DNA of 64,000 nucleotides from Octopus vulgaris (lineage: Eukaryota). Numbering within the stretch: position 1 is the first letter of the stretch; each line of letters opens with the position of its first letter. The stretch lies in contig OX597824.1 in NCBI GenBank assembly GCA_951406725.2, forward strand, positions 58,156,001-58,220,000, written 5' to 3'. Position numbers and translations under genes: made by a program. Positions 44,902 through 59,158 of the stretch are shown here, piece after piece. Under the pieces are notes generated by a model that searched no databases, was not told where the DNA came from, and was given only the letters and a program-made list of their open reading frames with translations.

Positions 44902-45431
44902 GCACTGTGGTGGTGATCGTCCTAATGGTTGTCATGGTGTTGCGAGCGGTTGTGGTGGTGGTAATGGTTGTGATATATGGTGACAGCGGCTGTGGTGGTT
45001 GCGGTGGTTTTGGTGGTTGTGCTGCTGCTGATGATGCTTGTGGTGGTGGATGTTGTGATAGTGGTGTTGTTGGTGTTGGTAGTGTTGATGGCGAAGAAGT
45101 CTCCAAGTGATAAGTTAATGAAGTGTGTGCTAGTTGAAGAGTGTGTGTTAGCAGTAAGCGTCGGCTCTATTAGTGTGTTGTTGAATGTTAGAATAATATT
45201 TTGTCTGGAAACACGAGCCGAGGGCGGTGAAACTAGCATGCTAATACCTGCACATCAAATCAACGAACATATTCCACGTACCACCACCACCACCACCACC
45301 ATCATAACACTATTAGTATTGTTGTAGCAGTAATAGTAGTAGTATGATCATCAGTTGCTCCTCCGTCACCACCGCTAACACAATAACACTGCCCCAACGA
45401 TCATCTACCGTTGACGTCATACCTATTAACG

Positions 45432-45575
<144 letters not shown>

Positions 45576-46056
45576 AGCGCATAGAGTTTAACACTGTCAA
45601 AGAGTCCTAAATAAAGACCAATGTTAGAAACTCCAGATGCAATGACAACCAGATGTATATCTTGGTATCAATGCTACTCGCAGATATCCACAATTACCAT
45701 TCCTCACGGCAGTCCTTTCCCAGTTACCATTGCCTGTTACAGGCATTCTATAGTAACTATTCCCTTTAGTGATTATTCTACATTACCATTCACTGATATT
45801 GTTTGTCCTCTTATTTTTGACTGGTGTAACCATTCTTATTCCATTTACTGTTGGAAATATTCCTCAGTTACAACTCCATTCTGTAATCATTGGCTATTGC
45901 AATTATTCCCAGGTTACCATTTTTGTGGCAGTCATTCTTTGATATTCCTCTTTTCGTAAGCAGTCCCCAGTTACCATTCACTACCGTAACAATTCTTTGC
46001 GAGCGCGCACACACACATCTTACGCTGCCATACTCTCTTACTCTAATGACGCTACA

Positions 46057-46504
46057 ATATCTTTTCTACTCTAGGCACAAAGCTTGAAATTTTGGGGGAT
46101 TGGACCAGTCGATTAGATCGACCCCAGTAGGCAACTGGTACTTAATTTATCGAGCCCCGAGAAGATGAAAAGCAAAGTCGACCTCGGCGGAACTTGAACT
46201 CAGAACATAAAGATAGACGAAATACCGCTAGACATTTCGCCCGTTTCTACCAACTTGCCGCCTTATTGGCATTATAATATTAAGCAGAACAAGGAGACGA
46301 GCTGGTAAAATCGTTAGCATGCCGGGCAAAATGCTTGGCATTTCGTCTGTCTTTATATTCTGAGTTCAAATTCCACCGTAGTTGACATTGCCTCTTACCC
46401 TTGCGGGATCGAGAAAATAAGTACCACTTGAGCATTGGGGTTGATGTAATCCACTTGCCCTTTCGCCAACTTGCTGGCCTTGTGCCAAACTTTGAAGCCA
46501 GTAT
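46057..46504. mobile_element. Head-to-head pair of SINE family B copies (46057-46262 minus; 46293-46504 plus)
   Basis: Both match the 59938-60152 element, in opposite orientations with a spacer of about 30 nt. Confidence 0.78.
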
Positions 46505-47304
46505 TAAACAACGACACATCACAAGTTTTATTATAACGGAACATTTCTGGAATATTCCTCATTTGTGACTTAAAACGTTAATGTCTTTATACTCTTATGT
46601 AATAAGCAATATAATGTGGGTGTTTTTTTTTATTGTGTAAGGAAAAGAGAATTTAGTAGCCATACATTAAGAAGAATATGATTTGTTTATACTTAGTTTC
46701 TTTCTCGAATTTCTCGTCACCAAGTGAAACTAGAATTGTTTAGTCCTACGTCTGTTATTATCAAATGAGTTCCAAGCATAGCCAACCGTCTTTTTTTAAG
46801 GTCCAGAACTACGCTATGTGTCTTTCCATTTAATAAAGACCAAAAGACGGCAGGTGTTGACCCGTATTCTGTTATTTCTTGCAGATTGAGCAATCGCATA
46901 AAATCTTGGTCGCTGGTCTGAAAGAGTGTATTGTGTAACAAGTGTTGTACTGTAGTTGTGATGTAGAACAGCTATAGTGTGTTTGTTGTGTTAGTTATGT
47001 GCTGTAGCATGGAAGTCACATGGTCTGCTTGTTGTAGCGTTCTGTCATGTGGTTATGCTGCTGTTCTTGTGTGTTTGCTTTGTGTTGGGTTATGTTGTTG
47101 TTATAGTTTGATCGTGGTGTAATGTAGTTGAGATGTATTGCCCTCTTAATAAAAAGGAAGAAGTCATGCGCGTAAAACAATATGGAGTGGTCACGGCCAG
47201 AATGCATCCGTTAATAATGGCTAATATTGGGCTAAACTCTTTCAGCAACAAACAGCTAAACAGGTCGTGAGGTGATTGATACATTCGATCTGAATATGGA
47301 TTAA

Positions 47305-47500
47305 GCTTTCATTAGATTACGGTCATACTGGGGCATAGCTTTGAAGAATTTTAGTCGAATGAAGCAACCCAGTACTTATTTTTTTGTAAAACTTGGTACT
47401 TATTCTATCGGCTCTTTTGCCGAACGGCAAGTTACGGGTATGTAAACACACGAACTCCGGTTGTCATGCGGTGGTAGGAGAAACACACACGCACACACAT
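47305..47500 (-). mobile_element. SINE family A, 3' half (a similar degenerate copy lies at about 9055-9290)
   Basis: ttttagtcga..cccagtactt..tctatcggctcttttgccgaacggcaagttacggg..gtaaacac. Confidence 0.6.
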
Positions 47501-47911
47501 GTATCGAGTCGCACTTGGGTTTACTTTATTCATCTTACCGTAAATCAATAAGGAGTAATATTAATCAATTCAATTGGTTGCATTCTTTGCCCCAAATTGT
47601 ATCTGTTAGAATTCAACAAATGGTTCTATAAAATATTCATAATCAGTCGCAGACAAAGGTATTTGAATATTGTAGCCACCTTAGACGTTTTTCTTGTTTT
47701 TTGAAATAAGGAAAAACTAAATAAAACAGTTGTTCTGTTTAAAGGATATTGGTTCAGGGTTGGTGATGATGATAGAGATGGTGGAAGTGGTTATGATGAT
47801 GGTAGTGATGATGGAGAAGAGGATAAAGTAGAGCGATAACGGTACAAACACACACGTACATTATGTACACACACACAGACACACACATATACACAGACAC
47901 ACACACTCACA

Positions 47912-47974
<63 letters not shown>

Positions 47975-48490
47975 CTGTTAGATTTAGAGCGGAGCTAGAC
48001 ACAACAAACTGTGAAGTACTACGAGTGTGTTTTTGTTAATAGACATAACAACAACAACATCAAAACCAAAGAAACCAAGTCAAAAGTGCAGATAGGTTGT
48101 GTTGATGGTGCTGGTGATGCTGGTGGTGTTGGTGGTGGTTGGGTCTGATTGTAATAGAAATGCTGCTTGTATAAACGGATTTAATGGAAAGGAAAAAACA
48201 AAGTTAAAATGATGAATACTCGCATACACACGCATAGTCGCACTTGTGCAAAAGAAACCTTTACGTGGTAGCTTGACCTGCTAGATCCCCATCATTTCAT
48301 GTTGTACTGTCTTGAAGAATGTAGTTCTGTGTTTGCTAGATTAGAAAAAGTAGAAATAGCCATAAGATGGACATGGTTGTAAGGATCACAGATGTGCTAA
48401 ATCATGGCTGACCTAGGGTTAAAATACAAAACTTAACACACACAAATATCTGTATGTATGACTACACACACACACACACAAACACACACG

Positions 48491-49518
48491 TGTTGGAATG
48501 AAAGCAATTTCGTTTTTTTAGTGTGAAATAAAAGTCATTTCTTTTTCATACAGTGAATGAGCTTTAATCAATTATATTTTCCATTTTGTTTGACGACCTT
48601 TTGACATCTTCATAATCCCATGCTCATAGAACTTCTGGTCCTTATCAGCCAAAAACTGAAGCAAGTGCGATTTCAGGTCATCATCATTATTGAAAGTTTT
48701 ATGATTCAAAGAATTTTGCACACTTCGAAATAAATGGTAATCTGGTGGTGCAAGGTTAGGGCTATATGGGGGATGTGATATTATTTCACAATCAAGTTCC
48801 AATAATTTTACACGAGTGGTCTAAGGTTGTCATAGTGGAACACTATTCCTTTACGTTTTGCCAATTCTAGCCGTTTTTCTTTGATTACTTCCCCCAGTTT
48901 CATTAATTATTGATAGCAAACATCTGAATTGATCGCTTGGTTCCTTGAAAGCAGCTCAAAATACACAACACCTTTTTTATGCAATTCAGCTTTCGATGTG
49001 GTCTGTGCTGGTTCATTACGCTTCTTAACGTGTTCAAGGCATTTTAATTGATTTTCACTTGTTGTGTATGATAAATTTAATCTCTTTGTTATTTCTCGCA
49101 TAATTATATGGCAGTCGGATTCAATTATGACTTTGATTCAGTCATCATCAAATCCAGTAGGTCGACCAGAACCTTAGTCATCTTTAAGTGAAAAATCTCC
49201 AGAACGGAATTTTTAAAACCATTTCTGACATGGGCTTTCTGTTAAGCAATCAACCCCAGAAACTTCACATATCTTTTTGTGAGCCTCAGCAGTTTTCTTG
49301 CCTTTACGGAAATAAAAAATGAAAAATATGGCGATAAAAATGTTCGTTTCGGCACTCCATGTTAAAATTGACACTGAACCAGCTGTAAACAAAATTACGC
49401 GCAATTTGCTTCTAAAGAAGCTGAAAGTAACGGCAATCAGCTGTCAAAAGGTAAAAGAATCATAGTATTGACAAAAGTCATTAAAAAAAATCGTAACTTC
49501 TTTCTTGCCAACCCAATA
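48491..49518 (-). mobile_element. Decayed mariner DNA transposon with both TIRs and an internal deletion
   Basis: Frameshifted transposase pieces: FYFRKGKKTAEAHKKICEV..CQKWF; KKGVVYFELL..INSDV; HPPYSPNLAPPDYHLFRS (YSPDL motif). Degenerate TIRs at about 48491-48519 and 49484-49516, with TA after the right one. The WVPHEL region was not seen. Confidence 0.88.
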
Positions 49519-50014
49519 TATTCAAATATGAATTAGAAGCCGCGCTAGTGTAGTAAACGTTATCGACTACACGTACTCAATGTATTCCCTCTGTTTATTC
49601 GCTAGTAGGCTGCAATATCGCGTGGTAGCAATGACTCTTTCAAAGAGCCCGGTGTTAAAACATCTGAGCTAGTAGGAATGATCCACTAGCAAGGACCAGA
49701 GTTTCGTTAAATGTTTTAGAAGGCCCCCTTTCGTACGTGTATCCAACGCACAGGCACACAGATTTAATACACACACACACACTGCAAATTTGGCATCATT
49801 CGCGTATGTATTTATTCCCATGTATATAGTATTGTATGTATGTATACATGGGCATGTGGATTTGTTGTATGTACATATATATATATATTCGTGTATCAAT
49901 GAACTTATTTTCTTGTATGTATGCATGCTTGAATGTACCTATGTACTCATAACTGCAATAATTGTATGTATGTATGTATGTATGTATTGGTGTATATATG
50001 TATTTATGATACAG

Positions 50015-50060
<46 letters not shown>

Positions 50061-50223
50061 TATATATATATGTTTCTGTGTGTGTCCATATATATATGTA
50101 TATGTGTGTGTATATGTATATATACATATATATGTGTACATATATGTATATATACATATATTTATTCATATATATCTTTAAAATGTGTGTGTGCGTATAA
50201 GTACATATATATATGTAGATGTA

Positions 50224-50298
<75 letters not shown>

Positions 50299-50916
50299 AT
50301 ATATATATATATGTATATATATTTATTTATTTATATATATATACGTATATATATATGAATATATATATGTACACACATACATACATATATGTATCTCACG
50401 CACAGACACACAACTACATCACATGTATAGTTATGTAAACCGATGCATGCTCACCTATAATTTATACCCACAACTGCAAACCTGTAATAATATCCACTCT
50501 CATTTACATCATTTACACTCTTCAGTCGATGCGATGATGGTTCGGCCGGACAGCTGTGCGCCAGCCCTGGTTACTTAGAGTAAGTTCCTCTTATTAATAC
50601 CATTTTATTACCCATCACCACCACCACCACCACTACTGCCATCTACACTACCCCCTTCGCTCTGACATCTATATTTCTATCTATCTATTTCAATTATTCT
50701 GTGTTCCTTCTCTTTCTGCTCTCCTCTCTTTCTGCTCTCCTCTTTTTCTGCTCTCCTCTCTTTCTCTCCCTCTCTTACACAAACAAATACAGCAAATATC
50801 GGTCCTAATTACACATCTATAGTACCTATATCATATTAAATAATTCCAGGCCCATCCATATTGTTGGTTCATTTTTCCCAATTTCAAATATATTATTTTG
50901 TTCTCTTACTTATTTA

Positions 50917-51409
<493 letters not shown>

Positions 51410-51410
<1 letters not shown>

Positions 51411-51612
51411 TGAGCAAGCAGAAGCGTTGGCACATCGAGAAATAATGCTTAGTGTCTATTCTTCTGGATTCACGTTTTGAGTTCGAATTCTGCCAAGGTC
51501 GAATTTTTATCCTTGCGGTATCGATAAATTAGTACCAGTTGAGTACTGGAGGTCGATGTAATCGACTATCCCACTCCCCCAAATTTCTGGTCTTGTGCTT
51601 ATACCAGAGAGA

Positions 51613-51615
<3 letters not shown>
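51410..51615 (+). mobile_element. SINE family B copy (further degenerate copies at about 19845-19960, 30230-30350, 31430-31550 and 35725-35870)
   Basis: gcagaagcgttggc..gagttcgaattctgccaaggtcga..gataaattagtaccag..cccccaaattt..ttgtgc, followed by (ATT)n. Confidence 0.7.
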
Positions 51616-51663
<48 letters not shown>

Positions 51664-52253
51664 GTTATTATTATTATTACATCATCATCATCATCATTAC
51701 CATTATCATTATTATTATAGACATGTCCTTTTAAAATTACCCCTAATTCTCTCATTCATATCAATCAATGAGACCTTACCTTATAAAATTTTTTAATTCC
51801 ACATGTCGCTCGACCCTTTTACCCCTGTATTTCTTTTCCTATTGCTATTTTATCTATCTTCATGTCTGCATGTCCTCTCTGCCTGCCCGTGTATCTATGA
51901 AAAACACTCACATAGTTTCTCACCTTAAGCAAGTGCAATGTGCACACACATATAAAGAAATAGAAACATTATAATCTCAAATCTCTCAAAGAGAGATATT
52001 CAGTAACAGTTCTTAAAGTAAAGACTATTTGCCAACGCAATGTGGCTGTCATGAAAGGGACGATTGTTACTGTTGTGTAACCCCAGAAAACATCGTTTCC
52101 AGCTGGTTATACGGCACAATATCTGTGTCCATATATATATCTTTGGTTTGCAAGATTCTTTATGTGAATTCATGTATTGAAGCATATTTTGTTGTGTTTG
52201 GGGAGAGACATTCTGTTTTATTGCTTTATTAATTAAAACACACACCGGTTCGA

Positions 52254-52399
52254 TTTTCATTCATTTACTTATTTATTTTACTTCTCAAATTTTCATTGCT
52301 TCTTGCAATCTCTTCAATAGTTGTTGACTCTTCAACTATTGAAGAGGTTGCAAGAAGCAGCGAAATTTTTTTAAAAAGAATAAGTAAATGAGTGGAAAT
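52254..52399. repeat. Imperfect palindrome of about 145 bp with degenerate hammerhead-like cores in both arms
   Basis: Arms ..gcttcttgcaatctcttcaatagttg / caactattgaagaggttgcaagaagc.. around a 9-nt spacer (52324-52332). Confidence 0.7.
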
Positions 52400-52652
52400 G
52401 ACTGGAAACTGGAATGACTCTCCCTAGACACAACAGTATATATATCAGAAGTATATCAAGAATGCATTTTACATAATGCAAAGAATGTGTGGTATAGAAC
52501 TCTATACGTTGGGTAGAGTGGATATCTATGATAGGGATATACTTATTATATCATTTGTGATGGATATATATTTATTATACAGACAGTTGTGAACAGCTCA
52601 GTTAAGATGAATCTCAGAGTAGACTGTCAACTTTGATATAACACACACACAC

Positions 52653-52699
<47 letters not shown>

Positions 52700-53045
52700 G
52701 TATGTAGAAATTTCGTTCAGGCAATCGTAACAAAACGCAATATGAAATTACTCAGTATTACAAATAGTGTACTGACTTCCTATATCATGGCCGGATGTTA
52801 CGACTATCGTCTCTTCAGAAGAAATGCGTGCGCATGTGCGCCTGTATGAAATGTAAAAAAAACCAAAACAAAAAACGTTGGAGTAAAGATTGTTTGCCAA
52901 GATAACTTTGCATACCTGGTTTAGGACGAATTTTGCTGTAATTTAGCCCCAGGAGACATCGTCTCCAGCTGGCTATACGACACGAGTTGTGTCCTTATAT
53001 TTTTGAACAAGGGAATCTAGCACCTCCACTCAGCTCAAAACAATA

Positions 53046-53090
53046 TCTGTGTATTGCGATTTCCGGGTTATTTCTCTTCATCAGCACAGA
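53046..53090 (-). ncRNA. Minimal type I hammerhead ribozyme motif with intact core
   Basis: Minus strand: tctgtg-CTGATGA-agagaaataacccg-GAAA-tcgcaa-TA-cacaga. Stem I tctgtg/cacaga is perfect; stem II has one mismatch relative to the sister copy (ggg/ccc); stem III is near-palindromic; predicted cleavage triplet AUA. Confidence 0.7.
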
Positions 53091-53259
53091 ATAATTGTTC
53101 GGCTAGAGGTGGCGCTGCCAAATTCCTTTTCAAATATATAGAGATTTCAAAGTGACAACTAGTTACTGATCTATAAATTAGAAAATTATTAATTTTAAAT
53201 CTCACAACGTGAGTTATTCAGCAACAGTAATTTAGAGTAAAGATTGTTTGCCAACATAT

Positions 53260-53304
53260 TCAGTGTTGTTGAAGGGAAATAACCCGGAAATCGCGATACA
53301 CAGA
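53260..53304 (+). ncRNA. Hammerhead ribozyme motif, sister copy with mutated core
   Basis: tcagtg-TTGTTGA-agggaaataacccg-GAAA-tcgcga-TA-cacaga. Stem II ggg/ccc and palindromic stem III ATCGCGAT are intact; the core has two substitutions. Confidence 0.55.
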
Positions 53305-54362
53305 TATTGTTTTGAGCTGAGTGGGTATGCTAGATTTCTTTGTTCGAAAATATAAAGACACAGATCGTGTCGTATAGCCAGCTGGAGACGATGTCTCCCG
53401 GGGCTGAATTACAGCAACATTCGTCCTTCTGCGTATTAGTGCCTTTAATTCATTTAAGAGCAATCCAAACGAAGGATATTTATCAAAAAGAGCGGAAGAA
53501 TTCAAATATACATTGTGATATGATTTTATTATGTATTCGTTTTGTCATTGTTGTTGTTGTTGTTATCATTATGAATAATAATTTAGTTATTATTATCATC
53601 ATTATTTCAATAATAGATTGGTGGTTGACTTAACATGTACTAAATCAATTATTTCCGCCTTAATAACAAGCAACCGGCATGCACCGGCGCCCATCGACTT
53701 ATACACACTTATACAAAAACACGCACACACACACACACACACGCCTGCGCGCGCGCATTTGGTACGGAGAGAAAGAGAGAGAGCAGCAGGTGAAACGTAG
53801 ATTCAGAGAAACACCTGAATACTTTTACAGGTAATTCTGTCATGTGTCACTGTTCTAGCCATTAACTTGTACATCTTATCTCTAACTTTTGGTGTCTTTA
53901 AATATTGACATTATATACGGAGAAAAGGAGAAACCGGGTTTTTGTTTCTGCACGTTATATATGCGTGTGCGTATGTATGTATGTGTGTAAATATATGTAC
54001 ATTTATGTGCATATATACTTGTTCATGTGTTTACATGCACCTATATCGGTATATGTGTCTGTCTGTGTTGTGTGTGTCCAGCATCTATGTCCATAGGCTT
54101 ACATAAGCATAAATGGAGCCTGTATACAAACACACTCACACCCACACGCACCTATATACACCTACCTCCGCGCACAAACGCATGTACACTCACACATAAA
54201 TTTGTTGCAACACCCACACAGAATGTAACATTCATCATCCCACGTTATTTCCTCTTGTTTTTCTCCACTCGGTAGCGGTAGTAATATACAAATATAGATA
54301 TATATATATATACACACACATATATACATATATGTATGTATATATACATATTCATATATATG

Positions 54363-54479
<117 letters not shown>

Positions 54480-54643
54480 GTATACATATATATGTGTGTG
54501 TGGTTAGCAATGGGGTAATTGTCCAATTGTGTGTGTATGTGAGAGAGAGAGAGAGAGAGAGAGAGTGTGTGTGTGTGTGTGTGTGTGTGTATACACACAC
54601 ATATATATACATGTGTGTGTAGATATATATGTATATGCACGCG

Positions 54644-54693
<50 letters not shown>

Positions 54694-56289
54694 CACACGT
54701 CTGCACATAACTATACTATTGTGTGCATGCACACACTCACTCACACCCCCACCCGCGTATATGTGTGTGTGTGTATATCGTAGATATTTTGTTGTTGACA
54801 AGGACTACTTTAATCCTTTAAACGTGTGTGTGTAATACTTGTTTTTTTTTTTTATATGTATGCTGTTTATTTATGTGTGTATAGGTCTGTATGTTAGTGC
54901 GTACTTGGTCGGTTGATGTTGCATGTTGCGATTGGTAAACACGCGTTCGTATGGGCGCAGTGTTCCACTACTAAATGCTATCGAGCTGCTGCCGTCCCAC
55001 CCCCACAACAACAACGATAACAATGATAATAATAATGGGGTGAAGAAGCAGAAAAATTAATCAGCTGCCAAACCTTGCCGCTATAATTGCGCGAAAGTGT
55101 ATGGTACGGCTGTGTACGTTTATGTCACGTTATATGTGTCTGGACGGGTGTGAGCATTGTCATACATACATACATACATACATACATACATACATACATA
55201 CATACATACATACATACATACATACATACATACATACATACATACATACATACATGTGTGTGTGTGCATTTCTCCGTTGGTGAATGAGTGTGCATATATG
55301 TGCGCACGTGTTTCTCATATATTTATGTGGATATGTAATGTGTGCCACTAAATGCGTGAGTACGTGCATGAGGGAATGTTTGTGTATGTGTGTGTGTGTA
55401 TGTATTTCTATATTTCTGTGTAGGGGTGGGTAGTAGGGAGCTTGTGACGAAGTCTTAAGCGGCTTTAAATCAAGGTGACTTGACCAACCCACTGTCTACA
55501 AAATAAAAAGAGAAAATAAAGATGGAATAAAAAAAAAATCAGTGACACACGCGCGCATACATACACCCACCCACATAGAAATAAACAAACACACACATGC
55601 ACATATACACACATATACACAAAGGGTAGCTCTCGGTTGTCGGTTGGCTGGTTCTGGATTTTGTTGTTTTTTGATTGATGGAGCGTCTGAATCTTTGGTC
55701 ATGTTATAGCAAGCTTAAAGGTAATTAGCACAGACAAGCTGGTGCATAGCTTCTGTTGGCTATTTATTGAACAACGTGTACTTCTCACCTCTACCACTCC
55801 TTTAATTTACACCCCCACCACTTTAAACTTGTGAACTATAATAGTCTCCTTGTTCCCATCTCTTTTTTATTTCCTCTTTTCTCCGAATCCAAGCCAAGTC
55901 CACCGCCAGTTTTTTGCTATGTGACTTATTGTTCACAAAGAGAATGTCTTGTGTCTAGAAAGATCTTAAATACACAACTTAAACTGAACATATTTTTTTT
56001 TTATTGGACAACGATTATAAAGATAACATGATATCAAAGAACTGTTTTTATTGTAGTTGTAGGTCAGCATTGAAGAAGACCAATGGTCAAAGATATTATA
56101 ACGGGGTCATCCTGCTTTTTCAGGGGTTTTGTCTAGAATTACATTATCTAGTAGTCCCTTTTCTTATTTCAGACTTTAGTGTTTCGTTTGAGAAAGGCTT
56201 GGTTGGTATTTCTAGTAGACCACGTTGACTCGTGTATTTCATTGCAATCGTTTAGTCCTAAATCAGCCCTGATCAACCTGATCTCCACT

Positions 56290-56531
56290 CAGGGCCATTT
56301 TAAGGCAAAGAGATACTGGGCAATTGCCCGGGCCCTCACGAGTATAGGGTCTTAATTCAGATCTATGTATGTTGGGGACCCTGTGCATTGATTTGATCGG
56401 GGGGGGGGGGGGCTTATGGGTCAAGGAAACCAATTCTAACCTATGAATGTTGTGACTCGCTTTCAATAAATAATGTAGGGTCCAGTGCAGTGATTTGCCC
56501 AGGGATCTATTATGCTACTAAAACGGCTCTA
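56290..56531. mobile_element. Non-autonomous DNA transposon (MITE) with CAGGGCCGTYTTAA-like ends; related end at about 11534
   Basis: Left end cagggccattttaa; right end ctaaaacggctcta (reverse complement tagagccgttttag); tagagccgtcttaa also occurs at 11534. Confidence 0.45.
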
Positions 56532-57166
56532 TCTTCACCCATCGGACATATTTCAGTCGTAACTATCATGTTTATATTTTCATATATCTCGTGTTTCAGT
56601 TTACACTTCATTTTTATTGAAAGATGACATTGCAGTTTGTCAACTGAATAAATTTGATGAGTGATTAAAAGAAGAGGTTTCTAGGTTTCGTCAGCTGAGA
56701 TTGAACGGTGATAACATTTATCTTTCTACAAAATTTGGGCACTGTCTGCTATGGAGTTTTGATATCTGCTAGAATGTAGCAGACTTCCTAAAAATATATA
56801 TCTTAATAGAGCTGGGTGAAACAGAGAGAAGAAAGAGCGAGGTTCTTGTTAAAAAGTCACCCGAGGAGACGCACACTGCACCCGTAATGCAAAACTATTG
56901 GTTTGATAGAATCTCACCAGTGAGGTAGAGGTACAGGATGAGTCGAAACGCTTGTAGTGGGTTTGAATAGAAAATCTCGTGAATCTGTATCTGATCTGCT
57001 TATATAAACTCTATGGGTATTAAGTAATTTCTGAAATAAATCCAGTAGAATATGTATCGCCATCACTGCTGCTGTTAACATCAAGTAGCCAATATTTGTG
57101 GCCGCGCTTAACACGTACTACAATGTTTATATAAACTCCGTGGAATTCAAGTACCTGCGTACGTGT

Positions 57167-57225
<59 letters not shown>

Positions 57226-58571
57226 GAAAACTCTCATACATACATACGCATAATTTAAGCAAGGTCATGTATACGTGTGTATGTACAGTTGTTGGTATGT
57301 AACCAGTGGTAACCTGTGACTCAGTAGCATGGCATTTTTCGGATGATCCCTTTTGGACTATAAGATATTTGATCAATAAGTATCCGGACTGCTGCCATGG
57401 TAACGAAGCTAAAGCAAGTGCCATGCTACTGAGTCAATGGCTAACACACGCCACACACGTTACTTCCAAGCAATGCTGTAAACAGCAAAAGTAAGTTAGG
57501 AAGCTAAAACTTAATGCGCATGCACAGCAGAAATCAAGGTCAATGTGTGCCAAGCAGCTTTACTCTACGTGCTTTATATTCGTTACTATAGCAACAATCC
57601 GGATGCTTATTCATCAAACCGCGTATTACCCAGCATAGCCTTCTTGTTTTGAAAGCTTTAGGGTGTGACCTGAGGGAAATGTAACTGCTTTTTTCCAGCG
57701 GTTTGTGTAACTATGCGTCAGCGTTCACGTTGGAACGTATATGTATGGTTGTCCAGCAGTATATGCACTCTGGTGTTTTAAGGTAGCACGAAAATAGCAA
57801 ACGTCATGGATTGTTCAAGGCATTGTAAGGAGGTGGTATAATGGGTTTTAGCGTGGGATATGGTTTTGTGAGACGTAGTGTAAGATAGTTTTGTACAGAT
57901 TGGTGTTGTATAGTCTTGTGTGGTGTGCGATCGTAGTGTAGTGATATGTGTCAACAATAATCACGGTTAACAGGTGAGCAATAGGAACAGGAGTGGTGAA
58001 GATTGGCGAGGAGTTGTATAGATTAGGCTGAGGCAATCCCGCACCTCTGGCACCTGTAACTTTGATCATGACATGTATCACAGAACATTCTTCAATATAC
58101 ATTCATGTATATGTATATATGTGTATATATACATATATGTGTATGCATATATGTATATGCATATGTGTATATATAAAATGTGGTGTGTGTTGCATTCGCA
58201 ACCATTTTCCTAAATCTTGACGCAGTAGGTGGGCGTATTTTCATTGTATATTTATGCAATATCTGGTTTAGCCGTTGGGTCGGTTCGGGTGTAAATCTGT
58301 GTGTAGGCCAGTGGATAGATAATGTTTCGCATCGTTTTATATCATTCATGTTTCCGTGTATTAGGTTGAAAATTCTCTCTCACTCCACCTTTCTTTCTCT
58401 CTCTCTCTCGTTCTGTTTAAGCATCCCAAATCTCTGGCGCTTTCTTTTTCTTTTTTTTTTCATGCAACTGTTTTATACCCACCTGTGGGTAAAGGTAACA
58501 AATCATTACGGTGCGGTCGTAAATGACATAGGTGAGGTCATTTTTACCTGACTCCATCGACTGAAATTATA

Positions 58572-58613
<42 letters not shown>

Positions 58614-58846
58614 GTTGCAAATGCGTGTATGTGCTTGTGTTACGAGTATAATATGTTTAGGTATCTTCCTCCTTTGGTGTATCAATTGTACTACACCTGT
58701 GGATCTCCCAAACACCTGTATATTATAGGAGATAACGCTTGCTTGATTCTGATATGACCCTGTCTCATTTTCCTTTAAGAGTTGGGTAGCTAGCTAGGCT
58801 AGGTATGTAGGTAAGTAGGTAAGAAAGGAGATAGGTAGGTAGGGCG

Positions 58847-58897
<51 letters not shown>

Positions 58898-59122
58898 TGC
58901 GCATGTGTGTGTGTTTAGATGTTTTAGTCCCGGTAATTATACCAAAACAATACTGGTAGGGGATGTTTGACTGACATCATCCCTGAAAACAGTGGAAGAG
59001 GGCCGGGTGGGGGTATGGAAAGGCTCGTAGGTAAAAAGACTTATCTTTATCACAATGCCATCTCAGCTTACACTGGCTTTTTTATGACTTTGTATTTTCT
59101 CACACGCCGTTACCACGAATTG

Positions 59123-59158
<36 letters not shown>

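Larger units (their letters stand above)
52923..53428. repeat. Inverted repeat of about 170 bp (52923-53093 and 53257-53428) bearing hammerhead motifs; a diverged third copy at about 52017-52140
   Basis: The arms are reverse complements (e.g. ggagacatcgtctccagctggctatacgacacga / tcgtgtcgtatagccagctggagacgatgtctcc). Direct repeat gagtaaagattgtttgccaa at 52881 and 53235. Confidence 0.85.

Noticed and set aside
44738-45327. Gly/Cys-rich or Pro/Thr-rich ORFs as a downstream Six1/2 exon
   Set aside because: Degenerate (GGT/GTT)n low-complexity sequence with no convincing phase-2 acceptor.
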